From contig OX597817.1 of NCBI GenBank assembly GCA_951406725.2, positions 47,244,001 through 47,308,000 on the forward strand: a stretch of DNA of 64,000 nt. Direction: 5' to 3'. Below the pieces are notes generated by a model. The model worked only from the letters and a program-made list of their open reading frames with translations. It had not been told where the DNA came from and did not search any database. The stretch is from Octopus vulgaris. Taxonomy: Eukaryota. How positions within the stretch are numbered: position 1 is the stretch's first letter; each line of letters begins with the position of its first letter. Of the stretch, positions 53,777-64,000 are shown one piece after another. A program made the translations under genes and the position numbers.

Positions 53777-55034
53777 TCAGGTCATCCCATAAGTTCTGTC
53801 CGATTTTACCTTTTTTTAAAATTGAATGAAATTTAATAGTATTTTAGAATGTCTAATGAAATTTAAAATTATTTTTATGCATTTGTATACATTTAAACTA
53901 ATTAAATATTATTTTACAGTATAATAGAATTAAAATTTCTTTGATTAAAACCCTTTCCAACATGGAAATATCCAAAGAGCATTTGAGGCACATAATGCGA
54001 ATACAACAAAGGAAACTCTGTAGCTGAAGGGACTCAAAACATGCACTCAGTTTAAGGGAAAGAATGCTTGAATGAAAGAACTTGCAGAAGATGGTTTGCA
54101 AAATTCAGAAGTGGAGATTTCAGCCTTGAAGATGAAGATTAAACAGGACATCAAGCTGAGTCTGATGATAAGCTCCTCGAGGCATTACTTAAAGAAAATC
54201 CAGCATTATCAGTTGAAGAATTGGCAATAAAGCTTAGTTCAAACCATACAACTGTTCATCGTCATCTTCAACAACTTGTAAAGGTTCCTAAACTTAGAAA
54301 ATGAATTGTCTGAAAGCAACCGCAAATCCCAAGTTGACATCTGCTCTTCTCTCCATTCTTGCAAACTCATTTCACCCTTTTTGGATAGACTCATGACTGG
54401 TGATAAAAAATGGATCTTCTATTGAAATGTTAAACATCATAAACAGTGGTTCAGTAAAAAGGAAAAAGCTCAACAAGCGAGAAGGGAATTCATGGAAGAA
54501 AGTTTCTTCTCTCTATCAGGTGGGATTGCAAAGGAGTAATTCACTTTGAATTGTTACTACCTAATACAACAATCAATTCTCAAGTCTACTGTCAGCAATT
54601 AGAGCTTTTGAACCAAGCTTTGAAGAAAAAAAACACCAGCTTTAGTGAATCGAAAAGGAGTGATGCTTCATCAGGACAATGCATGACCCCACACTGCAAA
54701 GATCACATCACAGTAGATCAAAGATCTTGGTTGGGAAAAAATTCCTCATCCACCTTATTCTCCGGACCCTGCTCCTTCAGACTACCATTTGTTTCATAGT
54801 TTACAGAATCATTTGGGGGACATAACTTTCGCAAGCCAGGAGGAGGTTGAAACTGACATTTCAGAGTTCTTCGCTTTCAAACCAAAAGAGTTTTACATTG
54901 ATGGAATAAAAAAGCTTGTAAATAGATGGAAGGAAGTCATAGATAATCAGAGAAAGTACAGTGATGATTAAATTACAATTAAATATAACATTTGATCACT
55001 TGTTTACTTTATTCAAAATTCGGACAGAACTTAT
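53777..55034 (+). mobile_element. Near full-length decayed mariner transposon (transposase pseudogene 53962-54971)
   Basis: 5' TIR tcaggtcatcccataagttctgtccgatttt; partial 3' TIR aaaattcggacagaacttat. Motifs MEISKEHLRHIM, CRRWFAKFRSGDFSLED, LMTGDKKW, HQDNA*PHTA and HPPYSPDPAPSDYHLF; many stops and frameshifts. Confidence 0.95.
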
Positions 55035-55126
55035 ATATATATACCGTAAATGGTCCTTTTACATACTGAACACTGCTTGGTAAAATTATTAATTACTAAT
55101 TAATTAATTTTACTCTTATTATTATT

Positions 55127-55156
<30 letters not shown>

Positions 55157-55163
<7 letters not shown>

Positions 55164-56220
55164 CAATAAGAGACTTCCAAATAGGAAAGCCTTGTGCTAG
55201 AAAGAGCAGTAGAAAACTCAAAACCACCAAATAAGGATAAATTTTCAAAAGGAATGAAAATTAAAAACGTTTACCAACTCAATTATTTCCCAGACCATGG
55301 TTTCTAACTATCTCCAGCAAAAAAATATTTGCTGAAGGCCAGTTTCATCAGTGGGACAGCCTTTCGATTTCAAATACACAACACAGCCAGATCCACATGT
55401 AAATCTAACTGCCTGTATATTCTAACTTTTCAGACCACTGCGCAGACGCAGATTATACCTGGCCTAATGACTAATTCGTTTTTGTGCTAGGCCACTGGTA
55501 ATAATAATTTCTTATTACCCTATTATTATTTATTTCTTTTACCTTACTGTCTCTCCCTCCCTCTCTCTTATTCTTCATTCTTTCTGGTTTTCTCTACAAC
55601 CATTCCCCTTTTTTTCTTTTCCTTTCTCCTACTCCTCCTCCTCTATCCCGTCGCTGGTCAGCGACGAGAAAACTACTGTCTTTCTGACCTTGCTTCCTTC
55701 GAGTGTAGACGGCTTTTCTGTGCCTCCTTCGCCGTTCTCAAAAAAAGAAGAATTCATAATATTTTCTCTCATTTGGCTTAACAGCCCTCTTTGTCTGTGT
55801 TACTGTTATTCTCCTTGTCCTGTCTTTTACTGTTTATATTTTGTACTGTCTTTACTGTCCTGTTTTGTTACCATTTTTACCCCTCTGCAAAAAAATCTCA
55901 AATTTTATTTAATTTGCTTTTTGCAGGAAGGAATGTTTCACCAAAGTCGTGTCTCACCTTGACCTTCAAAATGTGGAGTAGATGAAGCAGAGGAGACTGA
56001 AGAAAGGGAATTTTTCTTGTGTTCTATGTTCTGTACTCTATTTTTTCGTTGCTTAAGAAAAATGTCCATTTCCTTGGTTTTGTGTTTATGTTTTCGTTTC
56101 TCATTGTGTTCGACGTTTTTTTGGTATCCTGTACCCATATATGCATGTATATATACATGTAGATGTAGGTACGTACATATATGTATGTATATATGCATAT
56201 GTTTTATTTATTAATTTGTA
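55157..56220. mobile_element. Penelope-like non-coding remnant between (TA)n tracts
   Basis: Contains the hammerhead motif above and a pyrimidine-rich body; TA-repeat flanks. The classification is inferred from the ribozyme and insertion context. Confidence 0.5.
55288..55356 (-). ncRNA. Candidate minimal type-I hammerhead ribozyme
   Basis: Minus strand UCCCA-CUGAUGA-[AACU..CUUCAGCAAA..UUUGCUGGAG..AGUU]-A-GAAAC-CAUG-GUC-UGGGA: perfect 5-bp stem I, intact core, palindromic stem III; one extra A before GAAA. Confidence 0.65.
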
Positions 56221-58271
56221 TATATATATATACACACATATATATATCATCATCGTTTAATGTCTGCTTCCCATGCTGGCAAGCGTTGGACGATTTGACT
56301 GAGGACTGGCAAACCAGATGGCTGCACCAGGCTCCAATCTGATTTGGCAGAGTTTCTACAGCTGGATGCCCTTCCTAACACCAACCACTCCGTGAGTGTA
56401 GTGGGTGCTTTTACATGCCACTGGCATGAGGGCCAGTCAGGCAGTACTGACAACAGCCATGGTGAAATGGTGTTTTGTACGTGCCACCTGCACAGGAGCC
56501 AGTCCCACGGCACTGGTGACTACCTCGCTCAAATATTTTTTTACGTGCCAGTAAGGCGATGCTGGTATACCAGTAAGGCAATCCCATCAAACAATCCTAC
56601 TCACAAGGCATTGGTTAACCGGGAATTATAGGAAAAGACACTTGCCCAAGACGGCACGAGGTGAGTTTGAACTGAATATAACATGGTTCGAAGCAACTGT
56701 CTTAACAACACACATTTGAATCAAGTGTGTTCTTCTGTAACTGATATTTCTATAATCAGATGCCAACTACCTTAACCACACAGCTATCCCATCGCAAAAT
56801 AAATATAAACCATTTAAAAAAGAGGGTAAAAAAAACCTAATTCAGACAGGGTGTGAAGGAAGCGGGGACAATTTGCAAAGTAAATGAGGAGAAGCCAATT
56901 GAACAGAGCAGCTATTTTTGATAACAGCCATGAAGAATGACAGCAAGTTAACATTTTTTGAGAATGTCATGGCTTTTCTTTTTAAGGAAACTACACGAAG
57001 ATGCAATAAGTTCAGAATACTATTAACACTGTCAAGTGCAGAAATGCTGCAAGTGCCAATATTGTAACTTAATATAATAGCAGTTTATTTATTTATTATT
57101 ACTGTTATTTTAATTATTTTTTCCCCTTCTTTTTAGTTGTTCTTCATTAATCATGTTGTCAAAGAGATAAAGGAATGAAAGAATGGTAAAAAAAAAACAA
57201 AAAAAAACATAGAAAGCACAGATTAAATGAGACTGAATTATTGAACTGAGGGAGAGAGTTGCTTTCATTAAATTGGGGCTTTTGCTGTAGATAAAGGTTC
57301 TGCTTTGATTATTGAAAAACAAAAAACAAAAAAAAAGTGGGGTTAGAAAGGAAGGTGTTTGGTGTATAATTAATCAAATTGTTTTATCAAATAACCATCA
57401 GAATAAGCGTGGAATCTGCTAAATAACTGACGATAACATTTATCATTCATGCGAATGAATTTCGATGCACAATTCTTCGAGGAATGAAGTAAAGAATTCA
57501 TACGAACTTCTGTTGCTGAAGTAACAAGAGAAGTCAATCACTGTCACAGCTCAGACAGCAGAACTCCGACACCCATATTTCAGCTGATTCCTATAGAAAT
57601 TCAACTAATGGTAAACTGGCAAGTTAGTGAAGCAGTGATTCCATGATAGAGAAAGAATTAGACTGGACTACAATAAACAAAGTCTAACTGGGAGAATTAG
57701 GGTGGTGAGCTAACAGAATTACAAGTGAGTCTGACATAGAATGCTTCCTGGTGTTTGTTCCGGCTTTTTAAGGTAAAGGAAGGAGATCAAGTTACCAGGA
57801 GTGGCTGTGTGGTAAGTAGCTTGCTAACCAACCATATGATTCTGGGTTCAAGTCTCACTGCGTGGCAACTTGGGCGAGTGTCTTCTACTATAGCCTTGGG
57901 CCGACCAAAGCCTTGTGACTGGATTTGGATACACATCTTAGAAGAACAGAATGGAGTAAGTGGAGCAAGAAGACATCCGAAAATGAAGAGGTCACAGATG
58001 TGTGAAGAAAGATTTCCAAACAATGGCCATGAGTGAAGAAAAAATATATAGTGCGTGTGTATGTTTGGCAAAAACAAAAAATACCAGGAGTGACTGTGTG
58101 GTAAGTAGCTTGCTTACCAGCCACATGGTTCCGGGTTCAGTCCCACTGTGTAGCACCTTGGTCTCAAAATCATAGGAGCATGGGTTCGATTCCTGAAGTG
58201 AGAGCATGTCTCCTTGAGCCAGATACATCACTTTATATTGCTCCTGTGAGCTCAGCAGTAAATAAGCATCA

Positions 58272-58597
58272 GTGGAGGTGTGTGGCCTAGTGGTTAGGAC
58301 ATTCAGCTCATGGTCATAAGGCTTTGAGTTCGATTCCGGGTGATGCATTGTCTCCTTGAGCAAGACACTTTATTTCATGTTGCTCCAGTTCACTCAGCTG
58401 CCAAAAATGAGTAGTACCTGCATTTCAAAGGGCCAGCCTTGTCACATCATGTGTTATGCTGAGTCTCCTTGAGAACTATGCTGAGGGAATGCATGCCTGT
58501 GGAGTACTCTACCACTTGCACATTAATTTCACAGGCAAACTATTCCATTGATCAAATCAACTTAAACTCCTTGTCATAACCGATGGAGTGCAACCTT
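58272..58597 (+). mobile_element. tRNA-derived SINE (family 3 variant)
   Basis: A box tggcctagtgg, B box gagttcgattcc, central tccttgagcaagacactttatttc. Confidence 0.8.
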
Positions 58598-59375
58598 TTT
58601 TATTTTTCTTTGCCCCTTAGGGTTTGTTTTTAATTAACATCAGCTTAATGCTCTTTTTCTTTGGGAGCAAACACAGACACACATACATACATACACACAC
58701 ACATATATATATATATACACACACACACGTTGGGATTCTTTCAGTTTCCATCTATCAAATCCACTCACAAGGCTTTGGTTGACCTGAGGCTTTAGTAGAA
58801 GACACTTGCCCAGAACCATGTGGCTGGTAAGCAAGCTACTTACCACACACCCACCCTTGGTAATTTTTAATTAACACCACCTTAATCCTCTTTTTCTGCA
58901 ATGGTCACTTCCTTGTTAATCCATGGGGTTAAGAGTAACAAGGTCCAAAAGTATGTTTACGTCAGCTTGTGACTATATGGGTACCGAAAACAACAAGCGA
59001 AAGCATGATACTAATGATATAAAGTCATACTTGCTTGCAGGTGATGGTTGTGCATGCACAGTTCTAAGTCAAAACCTGTTTCCTTCTCGTGGTTAATGCA
59101 ATAAACACCTTTATAATAACGGTTCTGCAGCTAATCAGCAACTGCACAATAATGTGTTTCTAGTTTGGCACCAACAGTTCACATGTTTGATAGTCTAACA
59201 CCTCAGATTAAATGCCTGCAGAATGGAAAGCAGACAAGAATCATGTAAGAAACATACTGAAATTGCATTTCTCGCAGTAGTGGCTCTTACGATGATGACG
59301 ATAACAACTACAATGACGATGATGATGACAATGGACAATGATGATGAATAATAACTAGCAGGAGTGGCTGTGTGG

Positions 59376-59571
59376 TAAGAAGCTTGCTTACCAACCACAT
59401 GGTTCCAGGTTCAGTCCCCCTGCATGGCACCTTGGGCAAATGGCTTCTACTATAGCCTCGGATCGACTAAAGCCTTGTGAGTGGATTTGGCAGAGGGAAA
59501 TGGAAAGAAGACCGTCGCATATATGTGCTTGTATGTGTGTGTATATATATATATATATATTTAGATAAATA

Positions 59572-59625
<54 letters not shown>

Positions 59626-60965
59626 TTGTGTGTCTATGTTTGTCTCCCCAACATCGCTTGACAACCGATGCTGGTGTGTTTACATTCCTGTTACATTAGC
59701 GGTTCAGCAAAAAAGAGACCGATAGAATAAGTACTAGGCTTATTTAGGGTCGATTTAGGGTCGATTTGCTAGACTAAAAGCGATGCTCCAGCATGGCCAC
59801 AGTCAACTGACTGAAACAAGTAAAAGAGTAAAGAGAGTATTACCCATGAAAATTCCATACTTATTTTGAAAATTGCAAACTGGAATTACTCTTTTTTTTT
59901 TTTTTACTCTTTTACTTGCTTAAGTCATCTGACTGTGGCCATGCTGGAGCACCACCTTTACTCGAGCAAATCGACCCCAGGACTTATTCTTTGTAAGCCT
60001 AGTAATTATTCTATCAATCTCTTTTGCCGAACCACTAAATTACGGGTACATAAACACACCAGCATCGATTGTCAAGCGATGTTGGGGAGACAGACACACA
60101 GACATATATATACATATATATACATATATATACATATATACGACGACGATCTTTCAGTTTCCGTCTACCAAATCCACTCACAAGGCTTTGGTCGGTCCGA
60201 GGCTATAGTAGAAGACACTTGCCCAAATTGCCACACAGTGGGATTGAACCCGGAACCATGTGGTTGGTAAGCAAGCTACTTACCACACAGCCAATCCTAC
60301 GCCTATGCGTATTTTTCTGAAGCATATGATTCGTGAGATGGTATACAAGTCCACATAGGTGGTACTGAAGGTGCACTGTCAAGAAACAACATCTCCGGGA
60401 ACTATAATCTTATGTCTTCTACTTCAAGAAGTCGTTATCTATTATTCTTCACTTTATATCAAGAAGGAACTAATCTTAACTAAGGAACAAAATTGAAGAC
60501 ATCTATAATATTATTCTGTAATGTTATTCTTTGGTAAAGTTTAGACAAATCTTAATATGGCTCTTTGAAAAAAAAAAAAATGAATAAATAAGGGGCAGGA
60601 GTGGCTGTGTGGTAAGTAGCTTGCTTACCAACCACATGGTTCCAGGTTCCTTCCCACTGCGTGGCACCTTGGGCAAGTACCTTCTACTATAGCCTCAGGC
60701 CAACTAAAGCCTTGTGAGTGGATTTGGTATATATGTATGTGTGTGTGTATATGTTTGTGTGTCTGTGTTTGTCTCCCCAACATCGCTTGACAACCGAAGC
60801 TGGTGTGTTTACGTCCCTGTAACTTAGCAGTTCGGCAAAAGAGACCGATAGAATAAGTACTAGGCTTCCAAAGAATAAGTCCTGGGGTCGATTTGCTCGA
60901 CTGAAAGGTGGTGCTCCAGCATGGCCACAGTCAAATGACTGAAATAAGTAAAAGAGTAGAAGAGA
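59376..60965. mobile_element. Three family-1 SINEs in +/-/+ orientation
   Basis: 59376-59836 (+), 59903-60305 (-), 60591-60965 (+); all near full-length. Confidence 0.9.
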
Positions 60966-61177
60966 AATAAAAATGCTGTACCTTGAACGTTATCATTGAT
61001 TCTCTTGTTCGCTGACATTGCCTATCACTGTCCACATCTTATAAACAAATGTGTTTCAATTGAGCAGATGATAATTAATTGCATTAATGTGCATGCATTA
61101 AGTGATAAAGCGATATAAAATGAAATAAAAATAAATTTTTTAAAAACATTAAAAAAAAATTACATCGTTCACTGTCA

Positions 61178-61650
61178 AACCATCACTGCCACCACCATTA
61201 ACTGATATCTCCACTGACTACCATCAACACCATCACCACCACCATCATCATCCCCATCACTGCCACCATCACCATCATCACCACCACCATCACCACCACC
61301 ACCACCATCACCATCACCACCACCATCATCATCACCACCACCCCCATTATCATCGCCATTACCATCATCACCACCACCACCATCATCACCACCAACATCA
61401 TCACCATCACCACCACCACCACCACCACCATCATCACCATCACCACCATCCCCATCACCAACACCATCCCCATCACCATCATCACCACCATCCCCATCAC
61501 CACAATCACCACCATCCCCATCACTGCCACCATCACCACCACCATCATCCCCATCACCACCAGCACCACCATCACCACCAACATCATCATCACCACCATC
61601 TTCACCATCATCACCATCCCCATCACCACCACCATCACCACTACTACACT
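61178..61650. repeat. Cryptic (CAC/CAT)n trinucleotide region
   Basis: Degenerate triplet repeat; source of the Gly/Asp and Val/Met ORFs. Confidence 0.9.
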
Positions 61651-62235
61651 TATCAGTAGCAAGGCTCAATCCAAATTATTTACCAATCAAGAATATTATC
61701 TTCTCTTTTCATTTCATTTCAGTTCAACTCTCTCTCCCCACCTCTCTCTCTATCTATCTATCCTTCTATCTATCTATCTATATATCCATCTATCTATTTA
61801 TCTGCCTGCCTGTCTATCGCTTAATAAATCTATCTTTATATCTACAGACCAACCTACCTACCTACCGACCGACAGCCCCCCCCCCCAAACCCATCTATCT
61901 GTTTACTTATTTATCTTTCTGTCATATCTACTTTTGCTTCTGACAATGTATGTATATGTCTACTCTGACAATAGAGATAAGCATTTAAACTGAATGAAGA
62001 AATGAAACAAAAAAGCACTGAACAATGATAGTGTAAAAAGAGTAACAGAGCAACATCCACAGCTGTTTACTAACAAAGATTACTCTTTTACTTGTTTCAG
62101 TCATTTGACTGCGGCCATGCTGGAGCGCTGCCTTTAGTCGAGCAATTCGACCCCAGGACTTATTCTTTGTAAGCCTAGTACTTATTGAGCAGAATATTTG
62201 CTGTAGCCCATCTTTTATACTGAGACAAAACAATA

Positions 62236-62269
<34 letters not shown>

Positions 62270-62292
62270 CATTATTATTATTATCATCATTA

Positions 62293-62997
62293 GCTGTGTG
62301 AAAAAGTGCCACATCCTAGCGGTTGAGGGAACGTGTGGAAGAGGTAGACCCAGGAAGACCTGGGATGAGGTGGTGAAGCACAACCTTCGAATATTAGGCC
62401 TCACCAAGGCAATGAATAGTGACCAAGACGTTTGGAAATATGCTGTGCTTGAGAAGACCAGCAAGCCAAGTGAGACCCATGGTTTATGCCAGGGGTGTAA
62501 CCAGCCCACTTATGCATACTTTCCTTCACTGGACACTAAATTTTGCTTGCAAAGACCTGTTGAGGCAAATGAAATCAAAATCGAAATCAAATTCGATGAC
62601 TGGCATCCGTGCCAGTGGAGTACGAAGAGCACCATTCAAGCATGATCGTTACCAGCATCACCTTACTGGCACTTGTATCAGTGGTATGAGGAAAAACATT
62701 TCAGCAAGGTTGTTGCTAGTGCTGCTGGACTGGCTCCTGTGCAGGTGGCATGTAAAAAACACCATTTGAACATGGCCACTGCCAGTACCACCTGACTGGC
62801 CCTCATACTGGTAGTACGTAAAAGCACCCACTACACTCTCGGAGTGGTTGGTGTTAGGAAGGGCATCCAGCTGTAGAAACTCTGCCAGATCAGATTGGAG
62901 CCTGGTGCAGCCATCTGGTTTCCCAGTCCTCAGTCAAATCGTCCAACCAATGCTAGCATGGAAAGCGGACATTAAACGATGATGATCATCATCATCA
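62293..62997 (+). mobile_element. 5'-truncated RTE LINE: ORF2 C-terminus, long 3' UTR and (GAT)n tail
   Basis: KKCHILAVEGTCGRGRPRKTWDEVVKHNLRILGLTKAMNSDQDVWK is the typical RTE terminal motif and runs directly into the abundant UTR repeat. Confidence 0.9.
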
Positions 62998-63073
62998 TTA
63001 TTAATATAGATGAGTGAAATAAGACACATGAACAGAGAAAGAAAAGAGACTAGGGTAAAATAAACATATTTAA

Positions 63074-63294
63074 CCCTTTCGTTACTGTATTTATTTTGAG
63101 ATGCTCTCTGTTTCTTTCAATTACTTTAAATATAACAAAGAATTTAGTAAAAGAACTTAGTTATCATTCAGCTAGTGTTAGGAACATAAATTGTTACTAA
63201 AGTTTGATGGAAGATTTTAATTCAAAACTTATGGAAACAAGACATTTGTACTCAGAACCAGGGGCCAGTTTCAGGCGGGTTGGTAACGAAAGGG
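63074..63294. mobile_element. piggyBac-type MITE
   Basis: ttaa|ccctttcgttac..gtaacgaaaggg|tcaa; same family as 48899-49113. Confidence 0.85.
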
Positions 63295-63492
63295 TCAAGT
63301 GGAGATAATGAAGTAAAACATCTACAACTAAGAAGGTATGGCTGTGTGGTAAGAAGTTTGCTTCCCAACCACAAGATTTCAAGTTCAGTCCCACTGGGTG
63401 GCACCTTGAACAAGTGTCTTTTACTATAGCCCCAAGCTGATCAAAACCTTGTGAATGGAGTTGACAGAGGGAAACTGAAAAGAAGTCGGTTG

Positions 63493-63930
63493 GAAAAAGC
63501 ACTGCAGATACTATCTTCCTGGTGAGGCAACTGCAGAGTAGGTACTTAGCCAAAATTAAACCTCTGGTTTTGACTTTTGGCTTCCACTGATGCGGAGAAA
63601 GCCTTAGACAGGGTCCCCAACCCCTTTATCTGGTGGGCAATATGGAAGCTGGAGATAGGTGGGTGGTTGGTGAGAGCTGTACAAACCACAAGGATACTGT
63701 CAGTAAGGTGAAGGCCAACAATGAGTATAACAAGGAATTTGGTGTAGAAGTAGGAGTTCAGCAGGGACTGGTTCTCAGCCCCCTCTTGTTTATCAAAGTG
63801 CTCCAGTTCATAACAGAGGAATTTAAGATTGGCTGCCTTTAGAAGCTCCTCTCTGCCGATAACCTTGTTCTTATTGCTTAATCACTACTAGAACTAGAGA
63901 AGAAATTTAAAATGTGGAGACAAGGGCTGT
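63493..63930 (+). pseudogene. RTE-clade reverse transcriptase fragment
   Basis: KSTADTIFLVRQLQ..DAEKALDRVP..EFGVEVGVQQGLVLSPLLFIKVL..KLLSADNLVLIA: RT subdomains in order, with stops and frameshifts. Confidence 0.9.
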
Positions 63931-64000
63931 AAAGTGGTTGGCATTAGGAAGGGCATCCAGCAATTAATTAGAAACCATGGCAAAACAGACATCTATGCCA

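Overview
AT-rich, microsatellite- and transposon-dense animal DNA. The repeat families (tRNA-derived CORE-type SINEs, RTE LINE 3' ends, mariner, R4/Dong-like and Penelope-like remnants) point to an octopus (coleoid cephalopod) genome; this is an inference from repeat recognition. The only host-gene sequence I can support is two minus-strand coding exons of PNPT1 (mitochondrial polynucleotide phosphorylase). They lie at 33800-33883 (84 nt) and 26713-26819 (107 nt), together encode the KH domain, and are joined by a 6,980-bp GT-AG intron. Neither appears in the ORF track. I could not find the neighbouring exons, so the window probably lies entirely inside PNPT1, with flanking introns of >26.7 kb and >30 kb. 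Nearly all listed ORFs are artefacts of simple repeats or decayed transposons. The most interesting non-coding signals are: (1) several minimal hammerhead-ribozyme motifs in Penelope-like termini flanked by (TA)n, two with near-complete cores on the PNPT1 sense strand; (2) a 135-bp inverted repeat carrying a hammerhead in each arm; (3) a head-to-head tRNA-like palindrome fused to a hammerhead remnant; (4) tightly spaced inverted SINE pairs that should form dsRNA; (5) a roughly 1-kb higher-order minisatellite. All calls were made by eye, and repeat boundaries are approximate to within tens of bases.
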